42,495 bases of DNA from IMG/VR virus record IMGVR_UViG_3300016478_000186, positions 1-42,495 of that record; one strand, written 5' to 3'. Shown piece by piece: positions 16,965-25,700 of this stretch (the stretch's first letter is position 1; every line of letters starts with the position of its first letter). The notes beneath the pieces were generated by a model. It saw nothing but the letters and a program-made list of their open reading frames with translations. It ran no database searches and was not told where the DNA came from. The DNA comes from a virus. Lineage: Duplodnaviria; Caudoviricetes. The translations under genes were made by a program, and so were the position numbers.

Positions 16965-17398
16965 CTCAAAGTCCTATGACCGACGGCCTGAGCCCCTTTG
17001 TTTCCTGGGGCTCGCATGCCGACTGGAAAGTTCGGGCGCCGGTTGGGCGCCTTGTCGGCTCGAACGTGCCATCTCAACGAGGAAATACACCCGTGGAAGC
17101 TATCACTACCGCAATGCAACACCGGGGCGACCCTGGCGCCAAAAAGCCCGAGCTGCTGGTGCTTCTGCACTCGCTCGAAGACCAGACCGCCATGCTCGCC
17201 TCATCGATCGCCCAGCTCGAGGACCGCCTGCATCCGGTGCTGGAGACCATCGACCCGTCCGCGCCGGTTGCCTGCGCTCAGGTTAAGTCGCCGGAGCCGT
17301 CGCGCATCCCGGTCGCCTCCATGCTGCAGGCTCGCATTGAGGTCCTGCTCGACCTGCGCGCCCGTGTCGACTCCCTGCTGTCGCGCCTGGGGGTCTAG
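16961..17398 (+). CDS. hypothetical coiled-coil protein
   Basis: ATGA overlap at 16961; alternative GTG start at 17093 with GAGGA RBS. Confidence 0.6.
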   Translation: MTQSPMTDGLSPFVSWGSHADWKVRAPVGRLVGSNVPSQRGNTPVEAITTAMQHRGDPGAKKPELLVLLHSLEDQTAMLASSIAQLEDRLHPVLETIDPSAPVACAQVKSPEPSRIPVASMLQARIEVLLDLRARVDSLLSRLGV

Positions 17399-17399
17399 C

Positions 17400-17852
17400 T
17401 TGGATTCCAAGTTCCTGCGTGCCCAGCTCGTCTGGGCCTCGGTGGCCGTGCCCCTGGCGCTGTCGGTCGCGACCGGCTCGTCTGCCCTGTTCTGGCTGGG
17501 CTCGCTGACCGCGACCGTGGTGCTGGCGCTGCTGGTCACCATCCTGCTGTGCGTCGCTATCGCCTCGTGGTTCATCCCGTCGATGCCCATGGGCGCCGAT
17601 CGCGACAAGCTGCTGGATCTGCTGGAGGTGTTCGTCGCGCCTCGGCCTCGCCCGGGTGGTCCGGTGGCCGCCCTGGCTCAGCGGGTGCTGCTCGTGGTGA
17701 TCTGCTGGCTTGCCGGCGCTCACGCTATCGCTGTCCTGTTTGTCGTCACGCTGGTCGTGGGCCGTTGGCTGCTGACCCGCTCCCTGTTCCTGCTCGCCCT
17801 GTATGCCCGCTCTGTGCCCAAGGAGGCCTCGCCATGTCCGTCGAACAACTGA
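17400..17852 (+). CDS. multi-pass membrane protein
   Basis: About four hydrophobic segments; TTG start immediately after the upstream stop. Confidence 0.65.
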   Translation: MDSKFLRAQLVWASVAVPLALSVATGSSALFWLGSLTATVVLALLVTILLCVAIASWFIPSMPMGADRDKLLDLLEVFVAPRPRPGGPVAALAQRVLLVVICWLAGAHAIAVLFVVTLVVGRWLLTRSLFLLALYARSVPKEASPCPSNN

Positions 17853-18094
17853 ACCCAAACCACCCCACTTCCGTAGCCATGGATGGTCAGTGGGCCAAGA
17901 TGGCCTGCCTGCTGCTGCGCAAGTTCCAGGCGTCTGAGGTGGTGATCACCATGGATGACCTTGAGGCCGCTGCGGTCGATGGCGCTGCCAACTGCATCGG
18001 CGTGCGCGAGCTGCCGGACGGCCTGCATGTGTACCTGGTGACCGAGGCCGAGGGGCGCGCCCTGGCCGAGCAACACGGGGGCGCTCTGGCGTGA
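17834..18094 (+). CDS. hypothetical protein
   Basis: AGGAGG RBS. Confidence 0.7.
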   Translation: MSVEQLNPNHPTSVAMDGQWAKMACLLLRKFQASEVVITMDDLEAAAVDGAANCIGVRELPDGLHVYLVTEAEGRALAEQHGGALA

Positions 18095-18190
18095 CGCTGG
18101 AGCTCCTGGTCCTTGGCGTGGTCGGCATTGGCTTGCCGGCTACGCTCCTGGTCTTCTGCTGGCGGGTGCTGCAGTCCGTCGAGGAGAGGG

Positions 18191-18673
18191 ATGATGGGTG
18201 ATGATCAGTCCGATGACCTAAACGTCTTCCTGGGAGTGTCGCGCCGGGAGCTGATGGCGCTTGCCGCCGGGGTCAAGGCCAACAGCGCCAAGCTGCAGGC
18301 CTGCCCATACCATGACTTCGAGCCGGTTGCGCCGGCAGATGCCACCCTTGTGGCTAAGCTGTCCGCCCGGTACCGCTGCCGGCACTGCGGTGGTGATGTG
18401 GATTCGTCGGCCTACCATTGGCACCAGCAGGGGCGCCGGCCGTTCCCGGTTGTCGAGGACGAGCGTGCCTCCGGCTATCCGTGCGTCGGCGGCCCGCTCG
18501 ACGGCCGACTGCTTGCCCATCTGGGTGGCACCTATCACGTCAGTCGCTGGGGTGGTCAGGTTGGAGAGCCCCTGGCTGATGCGGACGTCATGCCACCGGT
18601 CGAAACCGCCGAGTACCGCCTGCAGGATCGGGGTGGCTATCTGGCCTGGGTTTTCCAGGGGTGGCCGGAATGA
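18191..18673 (+). CDS. hypothetical zinc-binding protein
   Basis: GAGGAG RBS; CPYH...CRHC; 'GGPLDG' motif. Confidence 0.7.
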   Translation: MMGDDQSDDLNVFLGVSRRELMALAAGVKANSAKLQACPYHDFEPVAPADATLVAKLSARYRCRHCGGDVDSSAYHWHQQGRRPFPVVEDERASGYPCVGGPLDGRLLAHLGGTYHVSRWGGQVGEPLADADVMPPVETAEYRLQDRGGYLAWVFQGWPE

Positions 18674-18897
18674 GCAAGACCGCGCAGCGCAAGGCCTCGG
18701 CCTACCGCAACGGGTACCGGGTCGGCCGCTACGGCTGGCCGATCGGGGTGAAGTTCTACCGCGTTCGTGCCTGTGCCGATGATGCCTGGAATCGAGGCAT
18801 GCGCGACGGTCGCCGCGATCGCCTGGCTGCCGAGGCGCTGGAGCGCACCTGGTGGCGTCGGCTGGTGTCCTGGTTCCGCTCACGGTTCGCGACCTGA
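18670..18897 (+). CDS. small basic hypothetical protein
   Basis: ATGA overlap. Confidence 0.6.
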   Translation: MSKTAQRKASAYRNGYRVGRYGWPIGVKFYRVRACADDAWNRGMRDGRRDRLAAEALERTWWRRLVSWFRSRFAT

Positions 18898-19004
18898 TTC
18901 AAACTCTTATGACCGCGCCCCGCACTGCCCCGGGACACTAGGCCTTGGCCTGGCTCCCGTGGTGGTCGGGCGCACAATGGGCGCCACGGCTGCTGGTTTT
19001 GGCA

Positions 19005-19020
19005 GTCGTGACGCGAGACT
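19005..19020 (+). promoter_or_regulatory. putative phage late promoter motif
   Basis: GTCGTGACGCGAGACT, one of six related boxes upstream of packaging/virion genes. Confidence 0.6.
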
Positions 19021-19041
19021 GCCGTCAACCGAGGAGTACCT

Positions 19042-19590
19042 GTGGCAGCGAACGATCCCGAAAGGCAAGGAGGCACGCGAGTGGCCGTACCGGATGAGCG
19101 GTGGGCTGCTGCTCGTGCGCTGTACGAGGGCACTGCCGGCATGACCCTGAAGCGGGTTTCTGAGGAGACCGGCATCCCGAAGGCTACCGTCGAGGTGCGC
19201 GCCAAGACCGAGAAGTGGCGGAAGAATTACCCGCCGGCCAATCTCGGGCCGATATCGCCCCTGGCTCAGGAGGCTGCGGACAAGTACCAGGCCAAGATCG
19301 ATGATGCCGGCCCGGAGGTCACCGCCGAGCAGAAGACCGAGGCCGTGCTGGAAACCGTGGCCGAGGTGGCCGTCGACCAGCGCGCGCAGGTGCTCGATCG
19401 CCATCGCCGCGAGTGGGCGGCTCCTCGAAAGCTGTCGTATGAGGCTGTGCAGAATCGCGACTTCGAGCGCGCCAAGCTGGCCAAGATCACCGCTGAAACC
19501 CTCAAGCTGATTCAGGACGGCGAGCGCAAGGCCTGGGGCCTGGAAGGCGCCGACCCGGACCAGCCCGTTTTTGTCATCGAGCGTGGTTGA
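19042..19590 (+). CDS. terminase small subunit
   Basis: N-terminal HTH ('WAAARALYE...LKRVSEETGIPKATVEVRAKTEKW'), coiled coil, 'LKLIQDGERKAWGL' C-terminus typical of TerS; GAGGAG RBS. Confidence 0.78.
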   Translation: MAANDPERQGGTRVAVPDERWAAARALYEGTAGMTLKRVSEETGIPKATVEVRAKTEKWRKNYPPANLGPISPLAQEAADKYQAKIDDAGPEVTAEQKTEAVLETVAEVAVDQRAQVLDRHRREWAAPRKLSYEAVQNRDFERAKLAKITAETLKLIQDGERKAWGLEGADPDQPVFVIERG

Positions 19591-19594
19591 ACCT

Positions 19595-21055
19595 ATGCAT
19601 ACCCCTGAAATGCCGCAGATTGTCCTGCGTCCGATTGAGAGCCTGGTCGCCTACGCGCGGAATGCTCGCACCCACTCACCCGCCCAGCTCGAGAAGCTGC
19701 AGGCCTCCCTGCGCGAGTTCGGCTGGACCAACCCGGTGCTGGCCGACGCCATGGGCATCGTGGCTGGCCATGGCCGGACCATGGCCGCCGCCGAGATGTA
19801 CAAGCGCGGCGAAGCCATCCGCTTCCCGAACGGCGCGCCCATCCCGCTCGGCATGGTGCCGGTGGTGGACTGCACCGGCTGGTCCGACCAGCAGCGCAAG
19901 GCCTACATCCTGACCGACAACCGCAGCGCCCTCGACGCCGGCTGGGATGAGGAGCTGCTGCGCCTCGAACTGGCCGACCTGCGCGACGACGGCTACGACC
20001 TCAGCCTGACCGGCTTCGAGGATGTGGAGCTGGCCGCTCTGTTCGAGGGCGTGGTCGATCCCGAGCAGAACGACCGGGATCCGGATGATGTTCCGGATGA
20101 ACCTGTCGTGCCGCTGTCGCGCGAGGGTGATGTCTGGGTCTGCGGCCCGCACCGCGTCATGTGTGGGTCGTCGACCGAGATCGCCTGCTGGGACAAGCTG
20201 ATGCAGGGAGAGCTGTGCGATGCGGTGTGGACCGACCCGCCTTATAACGTGAACTATGAGTCCAAGCTGGCCGGGTCGATCAAAAACGACAACATGAAGG
20301 ACTCGGCTTTCCGCCAGTTCCTGCTGGACGCCTACGCTGGCATGTTCTCGGTGATGAAGGCCGGCGCGCCGATCTACGTGGCCCATGCCGACACCGAGGG
20401 CTTCAACTTCCGCGGTGCTTTCCGCGATGCGGGCTTCAAGCTGTCCGGCTGCCTGATCTGGCGGAAGAACAGCCTGGTGCTGGGGCGCTCTGACTACCAG
20501 TGGATGCACGAGCCGATTTTGTATGGCTTCAAGCCGGGCGCCGCCCACCGCTGGTACGGCGGCCGCAAGCTGACCACGATCATCGAGTACGGCGAGAACG
20601 GCCCCATTCGCCAGCTCGAAGACGGCCGCTGGGCTATCACCGTCGGCGACAACGTGCTGGTGGTGTCTGGCGAGGCCACCATCGAGGAGCATCCTGGGTC
20701 GGTGATCTACCACGACAAGCCCTCGCGCTCCGAACTACATCCAACGTGCAAGCCTGTGACCCTGATCGAGAAGATGCTGCGGGCCTCTGCTCGTCCTGGC
20801 GACATCATCGTTGACGCCTTCGGTGGCTCCGGCTCGACGCTGATCGCTGCCGATCGGATGGGCATGTCGGCTCGCCTCATGGAGCTGGACCCGAAGTTCG
20901 TCGACGTCATCACTCGCCGCTACTGGCAGTACACCGGGCGGCGCCCTGTGCATGCCGTGACTGGCGAACCCTTCCCAGAAGAAGGTGGGGCTCGTGCAGA
21001 CGCTCACGATCACGCTGCTGGCGCCGAGACCGCTACGTCAGGAGATTTTTTCTAG
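19595..21055 (+). CDS. ParB-like N-terminal domain fused to an N6/N4 DNA methyltransferase
   Basis: 'YARNARTHS..Q...L.EFGWTNPVL...IVAGHGR' (ParB-N); TDPPYNV catalytic motif; 'HPTCKP', 'DAFGGSGST' SAM motif. Confidence 0.92.
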   Translation: MHTPEMPQIVLRPIESLVAYARNARTHSPAQLEKLQASLREFGWTNPVLADAMGIVAGHGRTMAAAEMYKRGEAIRFPNGAPIPLGMVPVVDCTGWSDQQRKAYILTDNRSALDAGWDEELLRLELADLRDDGYDLSLTGFEDVELAALFEGVVDPEQNDRDPDDVPDEPVVPLSREGDVWVCGPHRVMCGSSTEIACWDKLMQGELCDAVWTDPPYNVNYESKLAGSIKNDNMKDSAFRQFLLDAYAGMFSVMKAGAPIYVAHADTEGFNFRGAFRDAGFKLSGCLIWRKNSLVLGRSDYQWMHEPILYGFKPGAAHRWYGGRKLTTIIEYGENGPIRQLEDGRWAITVGDNVLVVSGEATIEEHPGSVIYHDKPSRSELHPTCKPVTLIEKMLRASARPGDIIVDAFGGSGSTLIAADRMGMSARLMELDPKFVDVITRRYWQYTGRRPVHAVTGEPFPEEGGARADAHDHAAGAETATSGDFF

Positions 21056-21152
21056 GGTACTATCCATCCTGCAAGGCTAGGGAGGCCACCCGAAAAGCGA
21101 TCTAGTCCGTCGCCTGCCTTGCTCACCATTAAGGACTTTACTTTGGACAAGT

Positions 21153-21719
21153 ATGCAAATCATCACTCGCCAGCAGGCGCTATCTGCTGGGCTTCCTAAA
21201 TACTTCACGGGCAAGCCGTGTGTGAGGGGGCATCTTTCGACGCGCTCAACCCGTGGCAAGGCTTGCGATCAGTGCATGTATGAATTTGGTCGCGCCTACT
21301 ACGCGGATGGTCGTGCGAAAGAATGCCAGCGCAGGCATCGCGCTAAAAATGTGGAAAAGTACCGTGAGTACGACCGCAATCGCGGAAAGCGCAATCGAGC
21401 GGATCCTGTGAAGCGGCTAGCTTCAAACATGCGCTCGTTGGTCAACCAGCACATGCGAAAGCGCGGGTTCTCTAAGAAATCGAAGACATGCCAGATACTC
21501 GGCTGCTCCTGGGAGGAGTTCGCCGCCACCATTGAGCGGCAGTTCCTGCCTGGCATGACTTGGGAAAATCGCCACCTCTGGCAAATTGACCACATCATCC
21601 CGATGTCCACAGCAAAGACCGAGGAAGACGTTCTCGCCTTGAACCACGTTTCGAATCTGAGGCCGATGTGGCGAGAGGATAACCGCGCCAAAAGCGGAAA
21701 GGTGCTGTTCCTAATTTGA
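21153..21719 (+). CDS. HNH homing endonuclease-like protein
   Basis: 'YFTGKPCVRGH' N-terminus; 'WQIDHIIP...NHVSNLRPMW..DNRAK'; related to 430-1203. Confidence 0.82.
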   Translation: MQIITRQQALSAGLPKYFTGKPCVRGHLSTRSTRGKACDQCMYEFGRAYYADGRAKECQRRHRAKNVEKYREYDRNRGKRNRADPVKRLASNMRSLVNQHMRKRGFSKKSKTCQILGCSWEEFAATIERQFLPGMTWENRHLWQIDHIIPMSTAKTEEDVLALNHVSNLRPMWREDNRAKSGKVLFLI

Positions 21720-21742
21720 TTGCCTGCCAAGGCCATGACGCA

Positions 21743-21758
21743 ATCGTGATGCTACGCT
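21743..21758 (+). promoter_or_regulatory. putative phage late promoter motif
   Basis: ATCGTGATGCTACGCT. Confidence 0.5.
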
Positions 21759-21786
21759 CGCCCCATCACTACCCGAGGGTTTACCC

Positions 21787-22338
21787 GTGAAGAAAGTCCT
21801 GATTGTCGACGGCAGCCTGGCCAAGGCGCACGTCAACTCCTACACCCGGTCGGACGGCACCTTCGTGAAGGAGCACGACAACGGCCGCCAGGCTGCGGCG
21901 CCGAAGCCAGCAGCTGGCCGCCGCCCGTCTGCCAAGGCTCCGGCCTTCGACCACCCGAACGTGGTCGCCCACAATGCCCGCATGACCTCCTCGCACTACG
22001 AGCCTGGCAAAGGCTCGAAGGAGGTCGAGGCCAAAGATGCGGCCGATGCCGACACCGTGCACTTCGCTGGCAAGCGCTACAGCTGGACCTCGAAGACCGG
22101 CAAGTCGAACCACGACGGCACCCCGGTGCGCGCCTTCGAGCACGAGGAGTCTGGCCACCGCGTCTGGGTGGACGACAAGCGCCGCGTGCACGCCGATTCC
22201 ACCGACGAGGTGGACCGCCTGCGCAAGGAGCACGCCGACCATGAGGCCAAGCAGGGCGCTGGCAAGGCTCCGGCGACGAAGGTGATGGTGCGCAAGGATG
22301 CGGCTGCATCTGCCGGCGGCAAGAAGCCCTCGACCTGA
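21787..22338 (+). CDS. putative virion/internal head protein with N-terminal YTRxDG motif; frame continues past TGA to 22569
   Basis: 'LAKAHVNSYTRSDGTFVKEH'; GAGG RBS. Confidence 0.7.
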   Translation: MKKVLIVDGSLAKAHVNSYTRSDGTFVKEHDNGRQAAAPKPAAGRRPSAKAPAFDHPNVVAHNARMTSSHYEPGKGSKEVEAKDAADADTVHFAGKRYSWTSKTGKSNHDGTPVRAFEHEESGHRVWVDDKRRVHADSTDEVDRLRKEHADHEAKQGAGKAPATKVMVRKDAAASAGGKKPST

Positions 22339-22700
22339 CAGGAAGCCCAGGAGCACGCGACCAAGGCTGGCGCCAAGTACAAGTCGAGCGTGGCCGTGTT
22401 CAATTCGGCAGACAGAGCCCACTCGTATGCCGATCGCTCGGCTAGCTCGAAGGGTGGCGCGTTCGTGATGAAGCACCCGGACCACAATTTCCACATGGTC
22501 GTGAACGGCGCCGACTCCCAGCGGATGGCAAAGAACGGGTATCAGTACGTCAGACCCACGGGGCGCTAAATGCTGCGTGAATCCGGCATGATCTGACCCT
22601 AAGTCTTGTGTTCGCCAGCCGCCAGGCCTGATTTACTCGGGCTCTGGCGGTTTCTATTTGCGGTTCGGGCGCCTGTCGGGCGCTAATCGTCGAGGTCATC

Positions 22701-22716
22701 GTCGTGACGCCAGAAT
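22701..22716 (+). promoter_or_regulatory. putative phage late promoter motif (leaderless)
   Basis: GTCGTGACGCCAGAAT; ATG 7 nt downstream, no RBS. Confidence 0.65.
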
Positions 22717-22722
22717 GGCTGC

Positions 22723-25700
22723 ATGACGACGCCAATCCCCTCCGCAGCGCTGCTCGGCAACAAGCGGCTACTGCTCGTAAAGTCCACGGCCTCTGCTGTT
22801 GAAGCGGAGCTGCTGAAAGCCACCGTGTCGAAGACCATCGTCGTGCCTGCGTACACGCGCAAGGATGGCGTGGTGGTGCCGGCCCACACCAAGGTGGTGC
22901 ACTACGACCCATCGAAGGACGTCGCCGACGTTCTTTCGGGCAAGGGGTCGCACTCGCAGAAGCAGGCGCACAAGAAGCTGTCGAAGCTCGGGCACTGGGA
23001 GTCGCTCGAGGACTCGCACAAGCTGGCGCATATCCTGTCCTCGGCCACGAATATTCAGCAGAAGGCGTCGGCCTCCGCTGCCGTGTCTGGCTGGAAGGCG
23101 TCGATGCTGGCCGGGAAGAAGCCGACCGCCTCCCAGCAGGCCGCGTTTGATGCGCTGCCGGCCGACAAGCAGGCTGCGCTGCAGGCTGAGGTGGGCAAGC
23201 CGGTTACAGCTCCGGTTGCGGCTCCGGTTACAGAGCCTGTCGCTGCTGCCCCTGCCTACCAGCCCGTGCCCAGCGCCCTGGGCGGCCTTGGGAACGAGGG
23301 CCCGGTCATCCATGTGGATGCGCCCGACTACGCTGCTGTCGAGAAAGCGCTCGGCCTGGAGCCTGGCTCCCTGGAAGGCGAGGACTCGACCACCTACACC
23401 ATCAAGAACGCTGCCGGCCAGACCTTCTCGGTCTACAAGCACGGCGGCGGCCTATCGGTGCGAACCTCTGGCGCGAACAAGGACACCTCCAGCGCGCTTG
23501 CCCTTGCTGACCACCTGGCGTTGATCGGCAAGCCGGCCGAGGCTTCGCCTGCTGCCGTTCCCCTGGTTACCGGTGCCGACGGCCAGCCGAAGGTGTTCTA
23601 TCACGGCGGTACCGGAAGTGTGGATTCCGCCGACCTCAAGCCGCTGACCTTCTTCACCTCGGACAAGGAAACCGCGCTTTCCTACGTCGGCAACAACTCC
23701 GAGGACGAAAAGCTGCACGCCGTGCACCTGGCGATCGGCAAGGTGGCCACTCCCGATGATGTGAAAGCCGCTGCGAACAAGGTCGGCCTGACTGGTGACG
23801 ATGTCGGCGTCGATGAGGAGTACCATGCTGGCTACGAGTACCTGTCGCCGCACCTGAACCCGCACGTTGAGAAGGTCCTGGCCGAGCTCAAGAAGCAGGG
23901 CTTCGACGGCGCGCACTTCCCGACCGACTTCAAGCTGTCCGGTGAGCTGATGCCTGGCGGGTCCTGGGTCGTGTTCGGCAAAGGCCAGGTGGTACCGGCT
24001 TCCGGCGATCATGGTCTGCAGGGCGTCGGCTCATGGGCGCACCTGTCGCAGTACAAGTCGCAGCATCCGATGTTCATCACTGCCCAGGCAAAGGCCTGGC
24101 TGGCGGACAACCCGGGCAAGGGCGCCGAGCTCTCCTCGACGCTGGTAGACCTCGGCCACCTGGATATTGCGAAGAAGCTCGGGGTCTACACCCCGCCGAG
24201 CTGGGCGTCTCCGCAGGAGAAGGCGGCCGCTGCTGGCCCGAAGGAGGGCGACACCAAGCCTGCGGCCGACGGCGGCACGCTGGTGCTCAAGGATGGCCAT
24301 TGGGTCAAGCAAGGCGGTGAAGCGCCGAAAGCTAAGCAGCCTGCTAGCCTCGCGATGCCAGCTTTCGAAGAGGGCAAGGAGAAGGCTGGCGTCAAGGCCC
24401 ACTACGAGAAGGTCGGCCAGAAGGTGCTCGACCTGGCCTCCGCCGGCGACGCAGCCGGCCTCGAGAAGCTCAAGGCCGACGGCCTGAAGCCGAACTCGAA
24501 GGGCAAGGTCGGTAACACCTGGAAGGGCAAGACCCAGAACAGCAAGCTGCTGCTCGCACTGCATGACCAGGCGCTGGCGCACACCAAGGGCAACACCACT
24601 GCGGATCAGCCAGCTCAGGCCGTAAGCGCTGAACCCGTTCCGGCACCGGCTGCTCCGGCGGCCGAGGCCAGCCCCATCGCTGCATCCAAGCTCACCCAGA
24701 TCCCGTGGGATGCCCAGCTCCTGCCTGATGCCAACTCCAACGCCAAGAGCCACAACGGCCAGGTCGCCAAGATCAAGGCCATGGCCGAGGCTGGTGATGT
24801 GGCTGGCCTGCAGGCATACGTCGATGCCAAGGCTGGCGCCAAGCAGACCTATGCGAAGAAGCAACACCTGCTCGCTGCTACTGCCCTGGCCGCGCTGAAG
24901 GAGGACGGTGCTCCCGCTGCTCCGGAGGCTAACCCGCTGGCTGGCGTTTCTGCTGCTGAAGCGATCGCCAAGAACCCTCATATGCCCCAGCTAAAGCTCA
25001 AGGAGCTTTGGATCGACGCGAACGCCGACAAGGTGGGCGCTCAGGCTGAGTGGGCCATGGCGGTCAACCCGGCGCCGGCCAAGCCTGCGCGCCTGGCCGA
25101 ATCCCAGAAGAAGATGATCGACGATATCGCCACCTGGCCGGATGCCAAGTACCACCTGGCCAATATCGTCGGCGGTGGCAATCCGGCTGCTGCGGCTTAC
25201 GCTCAGCAGCTGCTGGACGCGAAGAAGGCCACCGTCGCGGTCGACAAGCCGAAGCCTCCCACCGGCATCGAGGAGCACTCCGAAGCTGGCGCCTACCTGG
25301 CCGATGCGGCGTATGGCCTGGAGCACAAGGACCTGCCGACCCTGCAGGACGTAATCACCGCGCTGCAGGGCGACATGCCTGCGCCTGGCTCGGACGCGGA
25401 TAAGGTCCTGCAGTTCGCCAAAAATGCGTACAAGCATGTCGCTGGCGCTGCGCCTGCCACCTCGAAGCCTGCCGACCCTACTGTTGCCGAGCTGGCTCCC
25501 ATGATGGAGGCCGTCAATTCCGCTGGCTCGGCGGAAGGCGCCAAGAAAGCCGCGCTCCGGTACCTGAACGCTTTCCCGGACTCGCAGCTGGCTATCAACC
25601 AGGTGCACGACGCCCTGGTCAACGCTGGGCATGCCGCTATGGCCGCCGCCTTCGCGAAGGACGGCAAGTCGGGCCTGGAGGCGTTCAAGCCTGCCGCTCC

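Noticed and set aside
22336-22400. Selenocysteine recoding of the in-frame TGA
   Set aside because: No convincing bacterial SECIS hairpin right after the codon and no redox-motif context
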